Notes: generated from the letters alone by a model not told the origin. Counted from the stretch's first letter, positions 9,321 through 19,356 are shown. The stretch is DNA of 52,076 nt from Flammeovirgaceae bacterium UBA5867 (GCA_002432545.1 DJFR01000040.1:20270-72345), one strand, 5' to 3'. Program-made: numbers and translations.

Positions 9321-10679
9321 CTATTTCCTGGCAAAGTGCTTGTAGAAAGCAACAATGGTTTCTACACCTGCCAGAAAATTGTGCACACCGTAATGTTCAT
9401 TAGGAGAGTGGATGGCATCGCTATCCAAACCAAAGCCCATCAACACAGTATCAAGACCAAGTTCTTTTTTGAACAATGCAACGATAGGTATACTGCCTCC
9501 GTCACGGGTCGGTATTGGTGTTTTGCCGAATACTTCTTCGAAAGCTTTGCTTGCAGCTTTATAGGCATCCGAATCGGTTCGTGTAACAGCGGGCTCGCCA
9601 CCATGATGCGCCATTACTTTTACTTTTACATACGAAGGTGCTATAGATTGAAAGTGTTTGGTAAAGAGCTCCGTGATTTCGGAACTTACCTGGTTCGGAA
9701 CAAGTCGCATGGAAATTTTAGCATGCGCTTTGGATGGCAACACGGTTTTGGCACCTTCACCGGTATAGCCGCCCCACATACCATTTACATCCAGTGTGGG
9801 CCGCACACCGGTGCGCTCTAATGTAGTATATCCTTTCTCACCTTTTATTTCATCGATGCCTAGTTCTTTTTTATACTCGTTCAAATCGAAGGGTGCTTTG
9901 TTTAACGCCTCGCGCTCAGCAGCGGTGAGTTCGGCAACTTTATCGTAGAAACCAGGCACGGTAATTCTGCCGTTCTCATCGTGTAATGAATTAATCATAC
10001 TGCACAACACGTTGATCGGATTTGCTACAGCACCACCATATACACCAGAGTGCAGGTCGCGGTTCGGCCCTGTTACTTCTACTTCCATATAGCTTAGTCC
10101 GCGAAGACCTGTTGTAATGGAAGGATGCTCCAGCGAGATCAAAGCTGTATCAGAAATAAGAATGATGTCGGCTTTCAGCTTCGCTTTATTTTCTTTAACA
10201 AATGTTCCGAGGTTGTCTGACCCAACTTCTTCTTCACCTTCAACCATAAACTTCACGTTGCATGGCAGCAGGTTTAGTTTCATCATGGTTTCAAACGCCT
10301 TCACGTGCATATATACCTGGCCTTTGTCATCGCATGAACCACGCGCATATATCTTGTCATCTTTCACAACCGGTTCGAACGGAGGAGAGTCCCACAGATT
10401 TATAGGGTCAGCAGGTTGCACATCGTAGTGACCGTATACTAAAATAGTAGGTAATGACGCATTGATAATTTTTTCTGCATAAACGATCGGGTGACCTTTT
10501 GTTTCGCATATCTCAACGGTATCAACTCCGGCAGCGGCCAGTTTTTCTTTCAGGTATTCTGCTGCTTTACGAACATCACCTTTATTACGACTGTCTGCAC
10601 TGACAGACGGAATGCGAAGCCAATCAAAAAGTTCAGACAGGAAACGATCCTTGTTAGATGAAATGTATTCTTTAATCAT
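9321..10679 (-). CDS. M20 family dipeptidase (CNDP/ArgE-DapE-like)
   Basis: Metal ligand motifs GHYDVQP, RGSCDDKGQ, EGEEEVGS, HSPNE. Start placed at ATG 10679 (MIKEY). Confidence 0.9.
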   Translation of the reverse strand: MIKEYISSNKDRFLSELFDWLRIPSVSADSRNKGDVRKAAEYLKEKLAAAGVDTVEICETKGHPIVYAEKIINASLPTILVYGHYDVQPADPINLWDSPPFEPVVKDDKIYARGSCDDKGQVYMHVKAFETMMKLNLLPCNVKFMVEGEEEVGSDNLGTFVKENKAKLKADIILISDTALISLEHPSITTGLRGLSYMEVEVTGPNRDLHSGVYGGAVANPINVLCSMINSLHDENGRITVPGFYDKVAELTAAEREALNKAPFDLNEYKKELGIDEIKGEKGYTTLERTGVRPTLDVNGMWGGYTGEGAKTVLPSKAHAKISMRLVPNQVSSEITELFTKHFQSIAPSYVKVKVMAHHGGEPAVTRTDSDAYKAASKAFEEVFGKTPIPTRDGGSIPIVALFKKELGLDTVLMGFGLDSDAIHSPNEHYGVHNFLAGVETIVAFYKHFARK

Positions 10680-10739
10680 TGTTCCGGTTATTGAGTTTAA
10701 CGGCAAATTACAGTATCGATCCGATTGTTAAAGCATCGC

Positions 10740-11690
10740 TCATAACTTTATCTTCATGATGAAGGTTTGTTCCAGACTTGCCGTGTCTTTTATCCTTCCT
10801 TTGTTGCCTATGATCTGCAACAACTGGCTGTTGGCTATAAAGTAAAACTCATCACCAACAATAACACCGGTGGTAGGTGAATCAAATTTAGCATCGCCCT
10901 CACACTGAAAATCTATTCTCTCGGCACGATCACTACTCGCGTTTAATGTTACTTTTTGAATGGACTCCGGAAAGAACGTGTTCTGCACTCCGATCAGCGT
11001 ATTGTTGTATTGATAAAGACCATCATAGCCCATTACCATATAGCGATCGTTGGGAATAGCTGAGATATGTTTTGTAGCTATATCTACCCGCACAACACCT
11101 TGATCACCTCCTGTACTTACGATCAGAAATTTTTCATCAGGTGTTGCTGTAATACCGTTGGCGAAAGCAACGCTGCCATGCTTGGTAAATTCTTCCAGTG
11201 TTTTACTGTCCTTGCGAATTACCCATAGCATACCGGCATCTGTGTCGGTAACAAATACATCGCCTGCTTTGGTAATATATAGGTCGTTAAACAAATGGCG
11301 GTTGTCGTCTACCAGCTTGAAGCGTTTCACCATTTTTTTGGTGTGAAGATCATATACATGCACGTTGGAAATTTTTCGTACAGTATCATGTTCGGGTGTA
11401 TTGTTGCATGCCCACAATAAACCGCGTGCATCCACCTTCATGCCAAGCACCTGCTCAATCTCGTCCGTTCCCGATGCAATAAGGTCGCTCGTCTTACCAT
11501 CGGGTGTAATCTTTACTATTTTTCTTTTATATATACTGCCCAGGTAAAAAGCTTTTTCTGTAGGGTCGTATGCGATGCCTTCGGGTATAAGATCTCGTTC
11601 TTCCAGTATAAAGGCTGTTTCTGCTTTCTTCTGTGCGAAAACAAAATGACAGACGAGTAACATCGATACCAATAGTGTGTGTTTATTCAT
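10740..11690 (-). CDS. Secreted SMP-30/gluconolactonase-like beta-propeller protein
   Basis: Signal peptide MNKHTLLVSMLLVCHFVFAQ; propeller motifs PEGIAYD, FNDLYIT, ANGITATPD. Confidence 0.7.
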   Translation of the reverse strand: MNKHTLLVSMLLVCHFVFAQKKAETAFILEERDLIPEGIAYDPTEKAFYLGSIYKRKIVKITPDGKTSDLIASGTDEIEQVLGMKVDARGLLWACNNTPEHDTVRKISNVHVYDLHTKKMVKRFKLVDDNRHLFNDLYITKAGDVFVTDTDAGMLWVIRKDSKTLEEFTKHGSVAFANGITATPDEKFLIVSTGGDQGVVRVDIATKHISAIPNDRYMVMGYDGLYQYNNTLIGVQNTFFPESIQKVTLNASSDRAERIDFQCEGDAKFDSPTTGVIVGDEFYFIANSQLLQIIGNKGRIKDTASLEQTFIMKIKL

Positions 11691-11774
11691 AACAAGTTTA
11701 AGGGGATAGCCTTTTACAAAATGACGTTTACGAAATACAGCAGATATATATACTAACATGAAATATACTTCACA

Positions 11775-13145
11775 TCAGAACAATACAACTTCTGCGCCCC
11801 GCGGATTTGTAAGATACGAGTTAATAAGATTTTGAACGGTAGGTGTTTCGGTGCTGGAGCGCACATATGTGCGTGCCGATTCGAAATCAGCAATCGATAT
11901 ATCTTTACCAACATAGCCAAAGCCACAATACGTGCCTTTGTCAACCAGCACGAGCGATTGCTCATCAATGTTTCTTCCCTTACCAATAATAGCTGCTGAA
12001 CTGCCTGTACTTTTAAAAGTATCAATCGCTTTATGTATCCGCTTGTTATAGCGCTTAACGGTTTCAACACCTTCGCAGGCTCCATGGCATTCTCCGGTCT
12101 GATAATTAAAACATAATCCTTTGGCAACCTGGAGTCCGCATAACTTCGGACAAAGATCAAACTCGCGCACTTTCTCCCAGAGAAAATTCCACGCGTCACC
12201 TTTCGTACTGAAACGGACCAGCGGGTGCGAACCCTTCGTCACTATATTTACCGAGAACCGCAGGTAGCCATTGCGATCTTCATAATCAAAAATTCCCCAC
12301 TCTTCAACCCTATACTTTTGCGCCTGGTTATACTTCGGCCATAGTCTTCGTATTTCCTGCGATTCCAGAATTAATGCGATCAATTCATTACCGGTAAGTT
12401 CATGACTGATATGATGAATTTCATTTCTGATCTTGGAGCGACTCCACTCGCGTGCTTCACCCGTAAAATGACCTGCAATTCTTTTTTTAATGTTGATGGC
12501 TTTACCAACATAAATAACCTGACCGCGTGCGTTATGAAAATAATATACTCCCGGCAGTGAAGGCAGGCGATCGAATTCTTCTTTTGGAAGATTGGGTGGA
12601 AGAATTGTTTCTCCGGAATTTTTCTTCAGCGCCTTTGCTATATAATTATCGCGGTCGCGTCTTAATAACTGATCGAAGATTTTAACCGTAGCATGTGCAT
12701 CGCCACTCGCGCGGTGCCGGTTGGTAATTTGTATACCTAAACTTTCAGACAATGTTCCAAGACTATACGAACGCAACCCCGGAATAATTTTACGACTCAA
12801 CCGTACCGTGCATAATTTTTTTGCCTGCCAGTTAACACCTGTCAATTCGAACTCACGCTTTAAAAATGAATAATCGAAGTGAGCGTTGTGTGCTACAAAG
12901 ACTTTTCCATCGAGGAAACCGAAAATTTCTTCGGCAACTTCTTCAAAGGTCGGGGCATTGAGCACCATCTCGGTTGAGATTCCGGTAAGACCTGTAATGT
13001 AGTGTGGTATGTCTCTTCCGGGATTTATTAAGGTATGGTAGGTTTCCGTGATCTGGATTCCATCATGATGAAAAATAGCAATTTCTGTAATGCGATGGTT
13101 TGCCGCATAGCCTCCGGTAGTTTCAATGTCAACAATCGCGTACAT
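11775..13145 (-). CDS. DEDDh 3'-5' exonuclease (Pol III epsilon-like) fused to a GIY-YIG UvrC/Cho-like endonuclease
   Basis: AIVDIETTGG, VAHNAHFD, HRASGDA (ExoI-III), followed by GVYYF...IYVGKAINIKKRI. Confidence 0.9.
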   Translation of the reverse strand: MYAIVDIETTGGYAANHRITEIAIFHHDGIQITETYHTLINPGRDIPHYITGLTGISTEMVLNAPTFEEVAEEIFGFLDGKVFVAHNAHFDYSFLKREFELTGVNWQAKKLCTVRLSRKIIPGLRSYSLGTLSESLGIQITNRHRASGDAHATVKIFDQLLRRDRDNYIAKALKKNSGETILPPNLPKEEFDRLPSLPGVYYFHNARGQVIYVGKAINIKKRIAGHFTGEAREWSRSKIRNEIHHISHELTGNELIALILESQEIRRLWPKYNQAQKYRVEEWGIFDYEDRNGYLRFSVNIVTKGSHPLVRFSTKGDAWNFLWEKVREFDLCPKLCGLQVAKGLCFNYQTGECHGACEGVETVKRYNKRIHKAIDTFKSTGSSAAIIGKGRNIDEQSLVLVDKGTYCGFGYVGKDISIADFESARTYVRSSTETPTVQNLINSYLTNPRGAEVVLF

Positions 13146-13213
13146 GGTCGAAATTTAAAGTTTGACTTGTTAAGGTAAAAGCAGAAATTCAATCAAATTT
13201 TAATTCTTGTAAA

Positions 13214-13561
13214 ATGAACGGAATAGTCCGATTTCTCTTGTCTGGTGTCGCAGTATTATTAACGGCATACCTCATGAAAGGTGTACACGTAGAGCATTAT
13301 GGTTACGCATTGCTGGTGGCAGCGGTGCTGGCCCTGGCAAACATGATTGTAAAACCGGTGCTCATTATTTTCACCATTCCCATCACCATTTTCACACTCG
13401 GTTTATTTTTATTGGTGATCAACGCGCTGATCATTATGCTGGTGGATTACCTAGTGCCCGGTTTTCGTGTCGATGGTTTCTGGTGGGCACTTTTGTTCAG
13501 TGTTGTCCTGTCTATTTTCAACAGCCTGTTCACCGACATCTCGAAAGAAAAAGAGCGCTAG
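13214..13561 (+). CDS. YvlD/DUF360 '4-TMS phage holin' family membrane protein
   Basis: 115 aa, four hydrophobic segments, family motif PITIFTLGLFLLVINA. Confidence 0.85.
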   Translation: MNGIVRFLLSGVAVLLTAYLMKGVHVEHYGYALLVAAVLALANMIVKPVLIIFTIPITIFTLGLFLLVINALIIMLVDYLVPGFRVDGFWWALLFSVVLSIFNSLFTDISKEKER

Positions 13562-13599
13562 AAAAATTTCCATAACCACCGACCGAAAACCTCTACCTC

Positions 13600-16599
13600 A
13601 TGAACGTTACTATACGCACCCTTGTGGCTGTTGCATGGCTGTTGTTTGCAGCATGCTCAACAAAACAATCCAATCCCGAAGATCATACCCCTGAAGCTTC
13701 GCTGGCGGATCTGAAAGTATATACCGGACTCGAAGTGACATTGTTTGCTTCCGAGCCTATGTTCAGCAATCCGACCAACATGGATATAGATGCACGTGGA
13801 AGAGTGTGGGTTTGTGAAGCATACAACTATCGCAATCAATACAATCCTAAAAATCCGGTGAAGAAAGAAGGCGATCGCATCATGATCCTGGAAGATACCG
13901 ATGGCGATGGCAAGGCCGACAACAGTAAAGTATTTTATCAGGGCACAGATATAAATGCAGCGCTGGGTATATGTGTGCTGGGCAATAAAGTAATTGTATC
14001 GTGCAGCCCCAACGTTTTTGTTTTTACCGATGAAGATGGTGATGATGTGCCAGAGAAAAAAGAAATTCTCTTCCAGGGCATCAAAGGTGTTCAGCACGAT
14101 CATGCTATACATTCATTTCTGTTTGGGCCCGATGGTAAACTATATTTCACCATGGGTAACGAAGGTGTATTGCTCGTAGATGCAAAGGGCGATACCGTAC
14201 GCGATATCCATGGAAATAAAATTGTTGCTAACGGTAAACCCTATCGCGATGGCATGGCGTTGCGTTGCAACCCCGATGGTACCGGTGTGGAAGTGATTGG
14301 CAATAACTTTCGGAATAATTATGAGTTAACCGTTGATCCCTTCGGCACGGTGTGGCAATCGGATAACGATGATGATGGAAACAAAGCCACGCGCATCAAC
14401 TATGTTATGGAGCATGGTAACTTCGGGTATAAAGACGAGGTGACCGGAGCAAGCTGGTATAAAAGGCGCACGAACCTGGAAAAGGAAATTCCTTTTCGTC
14501 ACTGGCATTTGAATGACCCGGGTGTAGTGCCCAACCTGTTGCAGACCGGTGCAGGTTCGCCTACTGGTATAATGATGTATGAAGGTACTATGCTTCCGCA
14601 GATTTTTCAGGGGCAGCTCATTCACGCAGAGCCGGGTCATAATGTTATACGTTCCTATACCATAACGAATGATGGTGCCGGCTATAAAGCAGAGATAGTA
14701 AATATACTCGAAGGTCAGAAAGATCAATGGTTTCGTCCGGCAGATGTTACGGTGGCTCCGGATGGTTCGTTGTTCGTTGCTGATTGGTACGACCCCGGAG
14801 TTGGTGGCCACCAGGTGGGCGATGTAGATCGTGGCAGAATATACCGTATAGCGAAATCAAAAACAGGATATACTATATCTCCACCCGACCTCACCACTGC
14901 CAATGGTGCTGTACTAGCTTTAGTAAGTGGTAACGCGGCAACACGATATATAGGATGGAACGCTCTTGCCACGTTTGGCGAACGGGCAGAAAGTGCTTTG
15001 CTAAAACTATGGACTTCCGGCAACGTAAGACATCGCGCACAAGCACTCTGGCTGCTGACGAAACTTCAGGGTAAAGCAGATATATACCTGCAGCAGGCTG
15101 TTGCTGATAAAGAAAGTAACATTCGTATTGAAGCGATTCGTATCGCTAAACTTCTCAAAAAAGATATACTTCCCATTGCAGCTAAGCTTGCGAGCGACTC
15201 TTCGGCCCAGGTTAGAAGAGAGGTTGCTCTGGCGCTTCGCGGTAACGCAACAACAGAAGCTGCCGCTATATGGACACAACTGGCGTTGCAGTATAATGGC
15301 CGTGATCGCTGGTATCTGGAAGCCCTGGGAATTGGTGCTGCCGAAACGGAAGACCTATATTTCAACGCCTGGAAACAGAAGGTTGGCAACAACTGGAATA
15401 CACCCGCAAACAGCGATATAGTTTGGCGAAGTCGCAGTAAATATGCTATGCCGTTGCTAGCGGAACTAATCAAGTCTTCTGATGAACAGGAAATGTTACG
15501 ATACTATCGCGCATTCGATTTTTATAAAGATCCACTCAAGCAAACGGTGCTCGCGCAACTTGTACAGCAAGCACAAGGCGATAAAGTATTGTATGCGCTA
15601 AAGCACATGGATGCCTCCAAACTAAAAATGACGCCACCGGTTATGACAGCACTTAACAAAGTGCTGGATCAATATAGAGGTGAGCTTCAGTACGTGGAGC
15701 TTGTGTCGTTATTCAAACTGCAGAATCATGCTGATGAACTGCTGCAAATAGGTATACATTATCCGGATAGTGCAAAAGGTAAGGAAGCAATAAAAGCGTT
15801 GCTCGATTGGGATCGTACCGATCTGATCGATAAAGTTCTCAGTTCGCCCAACCGCGATGAAGGCCAGGCCATGATCAAAGCGTTGTGGCCCTATATGTAC
15901 GATAAGAAAACGATAGCCATTATGGAAGGTGTAATGATGGACACGTCCAAAGAGATGGAACTGCGCAAGCTTGCTGTAAAAACTTTTGGCGGCCCGTGGG
16001 AATCAGAAGATCGTTTACTCTTGCTGGCAAAAGAGAAGAAGATACCCATAACATTGCAGGCAGCGGCCGCGGGAGTTTTTCAAACTGCGTGGCGTGCTAC
16101 GTTGCGAGACGAGGCCGGCAAATATCTGAAGCTGCCAGGCAGTAAAGAAGGTACTTCGCTACCAACGGTATCGGTACTGGTCGATAAACAGGGTAATGTT
16201 GAGCAAGGCAAAAAAGTATTCAAGACTATATGCAGCAGTTGCCATCGCCTTAACAACGAAGGTGTAGATTTTGGACCAGACCTCAGTGAGATCGGTGATA
16301 AACTTCCGAAAGAAGCAATCTATACGGCTATACTTTATCCCGACCAGGGGATAAGTTTTGGTTACGAAGGCTGGCGTATAAAACTTCATGACGGCTCTTC
16401 TGCATTCGGGCGTATCATTTCAGAAACGGAAGATAAGATCGATGTACAGTATATGAACAATCAGCAAACAATTCTGAAAGAAAATATACTCTCGCGCACA
16501 AAGCTTGAAAGCTCGCTGATGCCATCGAACCTGCAAGCGACTATGACGGAGCAAGAGCTGGTAGACCTGGTGGAATACCTGAATACACTTCGGAAGTAG
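13600..16599 (+). CDS. PVC-type membrane-bound dehydrogenase-like lipoprotein (beta-propeller, HEAT repeats, C-terminal cytochrome c)
   Basis: Lipobox LLFAAC; propeller motifs FASEPMFSNPTNMDIDARGRVWV, GNNFRNNYE, FRPADVTVAPDG; HEAT repeats; heme motif CSSCH (16231-16245) followed by GPDLSEIG. Confidence 0.85.
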   Translation: MNVTIRTLVAVAWLLFAACSTKQSNPEDHTPEASLADLKVYTGLEVTLFASEPMFSNPTNMDIDARGRVWVCEAYNYRNQYNPKNPVKKEGDRIMILEDTDGDGKADNSKVFYQGTDINAALGICVLGNKVIVSCSPNVFVFTDEDGDDVPEKKEILFQGIKGVQHDHAIHSFLFGPDGKLYFTMGNEGVLLVDAKGDTVRDIHGNKIVANGKPYRDGMALRCNPDGTGVEVIGNNFRNNYELTVDPFGTVWQSDNDDDGNKATRINYVMEHGNFGYKDEVTGASWYKRRTNLEKEIPFRHWHLNDPGVVPNLLQTGAGSPTGIMMYEGTMLPQIFQGQLIHAEPGHNVIRSYTITNDGAGYKAEIVNILEGQKDQWFRPADVTVAPDGSLFVADWYDPGVGGHQVGDVDRGRIYRIAKSKTGYTISPPDLTTANGAVLALVSGNAATRYIGWNALATFGERAESALLKLWTSGNVRHRAQALWLLTKLQGKADIYLQQAVADKESNIRIEAIRIAKLLKKDILPIAAKLASDSSAQVRREVALALRGNATTEAAAIWTQLALQYNGRDRWYLEALGIGAAETEDLYFNAWKQKVGNNWNTPANSDIVWRSRSKYAMPLLAELIKSSDEQEMLRYYRAFDFYKDPLKQTVLAQLVQQAQGDKVLYALKHMDASKLKMTPPVMTALNKVLDQYRGELQYVELVSLFKLQNHADELLQIGIHYPDSAKGKEAIKALLDWDRTDLIDKVLSSPNRDEGQAMIKALWPYMYDKKTIAIMEGVMMDTSKEMELRKLAVKTFGGPWESEDRLLLLAKEKKIPITLQAAAAGVFQTAWRATLRDEAGKYLKLPGSKEGTSLPTVSVLVDKQGNVEQGKKVFKTICSSCHRLNNEGVDFGPDLSEIGDKLPKEAIYTAILYPDQGISFGYEGWRIKLHDGSSAFGRIISETEDKIDVQYMNNQQTILKENILSRTKLESSLMPSNLQATMTEQELVDLVEYLNTLRK

Positions 16600-16713
16600 A
16601 TCGGCTTGTATTATTTCCTATTAAACGATTCATCTACAGCCACTTGATGTTACACCAAGGGTTTGGCATTGCGTTTGCCTTACACGATACAGGTATTTAA
16701 AACACCTGCGATT

Positions 16714-17232
16714 ATGAAAACTAGATTAGGTTTACAGGTAACAATGGTATTGTTTTTACTGGCTGCAGTAACAACTGCAGAAGCACAGCACAGAGGCCGC
16801 GATCGTGATCATGATAATGGAAGAGACCGAGGCCGCGGACACAGCAATGGAAATGGAAACGGACGTGGAGACAGTAAGCATTATAGAGACCGTGATCATG
16901 ACCATCATCATCACAGCGATCATAAAAAAGTAGTGCATGTATACCATCATCGTCCGGCTCCGGTTGAACGCAGAGTAGTGGTACATCACCATCATCACAC
17001 ACGTCCTCGTTATGTATACTATCGTGATTATGACGTATACTATGATTGCGATCGCCAGGTGTTTATCTCGTTCTCGGGAAGAAACTGGGCAGTGAGTGTT
17101 GAGAGACCCATGCGTATGCATCGTGTAGATATATACCGCGCATCACGCGTAGACGTTGATTACTATAATGATGACTTTGCGGAATACCTGGAACAGAAGA
17201 GACCACACGGAAGAGTATATGCCGAATGGTAA
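16714..17232 (+). CDS. Secreted His/Arg/Asp-rich hypothetical protein
   Basis: Signal peptide MKTRLGLQVTMVLFLLAAVTTAEAQ, low-complexity RD/GN/H tract, aromatic-rich C-terminal region; followed by a terminator. Confidence 0.75.
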   Translation: MKTRLGLQVTMVLFLLAAVTTAEAQHRGRDRDHDNGRDRGRGHSNGNGNGRGDSKHYRDRDHDHHHHSDHKKVVHVYHHRPAPVERRVVVHHHHHTRPRYVYYRDYDVYYDCDRQVFISFSGRNWAVSVERPMRMHRVDIYRASRVDVDYYNDDFAEYLEQKRPHGRVYAEW

Positions 17233-17276
17233 TACCAATACGATAGATAGAGATGTAGTATATGGTGTTGAGTGTA

Positions 17277-17309
17277 GAATGTCAGGCGAAAGTCTGACAT
17301 TCTTGTTTT
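17277..17309. terminator. Intrinsic terminator
   Basis: GAATGTCAGGC-GAAA-GTCTGACATTC followed by TTGTTTT, between convergent genes. Confidence 0.75.
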
Positions 17310-17312
17310 ATA

Positions 17313-18338
17313 TCAATCTTTATAGATAAACGTTTTGCCTTCGCCCTTCTTCTGTATATGGCCCCTATACATGCCGGCCGTATTGAAGGTCATCGAAATG
17401 TTACCTTGACGATCGAGTGCTATAATACCTCCGTCACCACCGAGGTGTGGTACCTTCTTCATCACAACACTATCAGCCGCCTCCTGTAAGGAGAGGTCAG
17501 TATATTTGACGAGTGATGCTATATCATGTGCAACCGCTAACCGGATAAAATACTCGCCCCATCCTGTAGCAGATACACCGCACGATGCGTTGTCTGCATA
17601 AGTACCCGCACCGATGATAGGAGCGTCACCAACACGGCCGTATTTTTTATTCGTCATGCCACCGGTAGATGTACCTGCCGCTATATTTCCGTATTGATCA
17701 AGTGCGACAGCACCTACCGTTCCAAACTTTTTGTCTTTGGTATAGGGGTCGATCAGCAATGCTTCACGATCTGCTTCAGCTTCTTTTGCTTTGATCCATT
17801 GTTTGTAACGAAGTGAATCGAAGAAGTAGGAGGGATCTACGATTTCAAGATTTTGTTCGCGGGCAAATTTTTCAGCACCATCACCAATCATCATTACATG
17901 TTCAGATTTAGTCATTACTGCGTATGCTGCAGTGATTGGATTTTTGATCGTAGTAACTCCGGCAACAGCACCTGCCATTAAATTACTGCCGTCCATGATG
18001 GATGCATCGAGTTCGTTCCTGCCTTCGCTATTGAATACAGCTCCTTTACCGGCATTGAACAATGGAGAGTTTTCCATCACTTTTATAGCAGCAATAACAG
18101 CATCGAGACTTTTACCACCGCGCTCCAGCACGCTATAGCCACTGTCCAGCGCTTGTTGCAGCTTAGCGTGATATGCTTTCTCCCGTTCAGGAGTCATGTT
18201 CTCGCGCTTGATTGTACCGGCACCACCGTGTATAACCAGTGTTATAGGACCGGGAGATTTATCGGCTATTGCGTCTTCCTGCTTTTTACTGCACGAGCCG
18301 ACTATAACGAGTAAAGCAAAAAGTAAAAAAAATCTCAT
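17313..18338 (-). CDS. iaaA: Isoaspartyl peptidase/L-asparaginase (Ntn hydrolase), lipoprotein
   Basis: LVIHGGAG, FNAGKGAV, ELDASIMDG, GTVGAVA (nucleophile Thr), GRVGDAPIIGAG. Start placed at ATG 18338 with lipobox IVGSC. Confidence 0.9.
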   Translation of the reverse strand: MRFFLLFALLVIVGSCSKKQEDAIADKSPGPITLVIHGGAGTIKRENMTPEREKAYHAKLQQALDSGYSVLERGGKSLDAVIAAIKVMENSPLFNAGKGAVFNSEGRNELDASIMDGSNLMAGAVAGVTTIKNPITAAYAVMTKSEHVMMIGDGAEKFAREQNLEIVDPSYFFDSLRYKQWIKAKEAEADREALLIDPYTKDKKFGTVGAVALDQYGNIAAGTSTGGMTNKKYGRVGDAPIIGAGTYADNASCGVSATGWGEYFIRLAVAHDIASLVKYTDLSLQEAADSVVMKKVPHLGGDGGIIALDRQGNISMTFNTAGMYRGHIQKKGEGKTFIYKD

Positions 18339-18414
18339 AAAGGTTGGGTTAATGATTAGGAAAGGTAGGGAATTGCTATTATACTGCGATTCGGGAATTA
18401 ATTGTATAATATTT

Positions 18415-18444
18415 TTTGTTTTCGGGCGTGAGCGCATAATTTTG
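18415..18444 (+). promoter_or_regulatory. Bacteroidota housekeeping promoter for the dksA-like gene
   Basis: TTTG (18415-18418), 18-bp spacer, TAATTTTG (18437-18444); matches the -33/-7 consensus TTTG/TAnnTTTG. Confidence 0.6.
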
Positions 18445-18475
18445 CGCATCTTTTACCAAACGGGCAAACACCATT

Positions 18476-19270
18476 ATGGCTAAGAATAAAAAGACCAGCG
18501 CTAAACCAGCTAAAAAAGCTGCAAAAGCGAAACCTACAGCTAAAGTAAAGAAAGCGGCTCCCGCAAAAGCTAAGAAGGCACCAGCCAAAAAAGTTGTTGC
18601 TAAAAAAGCAGCTCCCAAAAAGGCAGCACCCGCTCCTAAAAAACCGGTGGCTGCAAAAAAGGAAGCTCCTAAAAAAGAGCCTGCTAAAAAATTAGCGGTG
18701 GCCCCGAAGAAAGAAGAACAAACTGTGAAGGTTGAAAAAACCGTAGCACCTAAGAAAGTGGAGAAAGCGGAAACCCCCGTTAAACCAACTCCGGTAGCTG
18801 CTAAACCTGCACCACCACAATTAAATATTTTTCCAGTGCCGAACCAGAGACCGATTGCTCACAAGCCTGCACAAGGTGTAGCATCTAGTGAAGAAAGAAC
18901 ACGCTATTCAGAAGAAGAGTTGAAGGAGTTTGAAGGACTAATCAACCGTAAACTTGATAAAGCGAAAGAAGAGTACAAGATTTTGAAAGATACTCTCAAT
19001 CGTAACAACGATGAGGGAACAGATGCCACTTCAGGTGGAAATACAAAAGTATTGGAAGATGGCGCTGAAACTGCAGAGAAAGAAAACCTGAGTCAGTTAG
19101 CTGCACGTCAACAGAAATATATAACGAACCTGGAGAATGCACTGGTGCGGATCAAAAACGGTACTTACGGAATATGTTCCGTAACCGGAAAGCTGATCCC
19201 GAAAGAAAGATTGATCGCGGTGCCCCACACAACGCAGTCGATCGAAGCGAAAATGATGCAACAGGATTAA
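18476..19270 (+). CDS. dksA: TraR/DksA family transcription factor with Lys/Ala/Pro-rich N-terminal extension
   Basis: Coiled coil followed by LENALVRIKNGTYGICSVTGKLIPKERLIAVPHT. Confidence 0.85.
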   Translation: MAKNKKTSAKPAKKAAKAKPTAKVKKAAPAKAKKAPAKKVVAKKAAPKKAAPAPKKPVAAKKEAPKKEPAKKLAVAPKKEEQTVKVEKTVAPKKVEKAETPVKPTPVAAKPAPPQLNIFPVPNQRPIAHKPAQGVASSEERTRYSEEELKEFEGLINRKLDKAKEEYKILKDTLNRNNDEGTDATSGGNTKVLEDGAETAEKENLSQLAARQQKYITNLENALVRIKNGTYGICSVTGKLIPKERLIAVPHTTQSIEAKMMQQD

Positions 19271-19278
19271 CAAAAGCT

Positions 19279-19304
19279 TCCCCTCAACACCAGAGGGGAT
19301 TTTT
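19279..19304 (+). terminator. Possible intrinsic terminator after dksA
   Basis: TCCCCTC-AACACCA-GAGGGGA followed by TTTTT. Confidence 0.5.
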
Positions 19305-19356
19305 GTCTCCGAACAATTTTTTTTTGGGTTATCTTTATTACCAAACACAGAACACC

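Noticed and set aside
13214-13561. Holin as evidence of a prophage
   Set aside because: No integrase, endolysin, structural genes or att-like repeats nearby; this family is common in host chromosomes.
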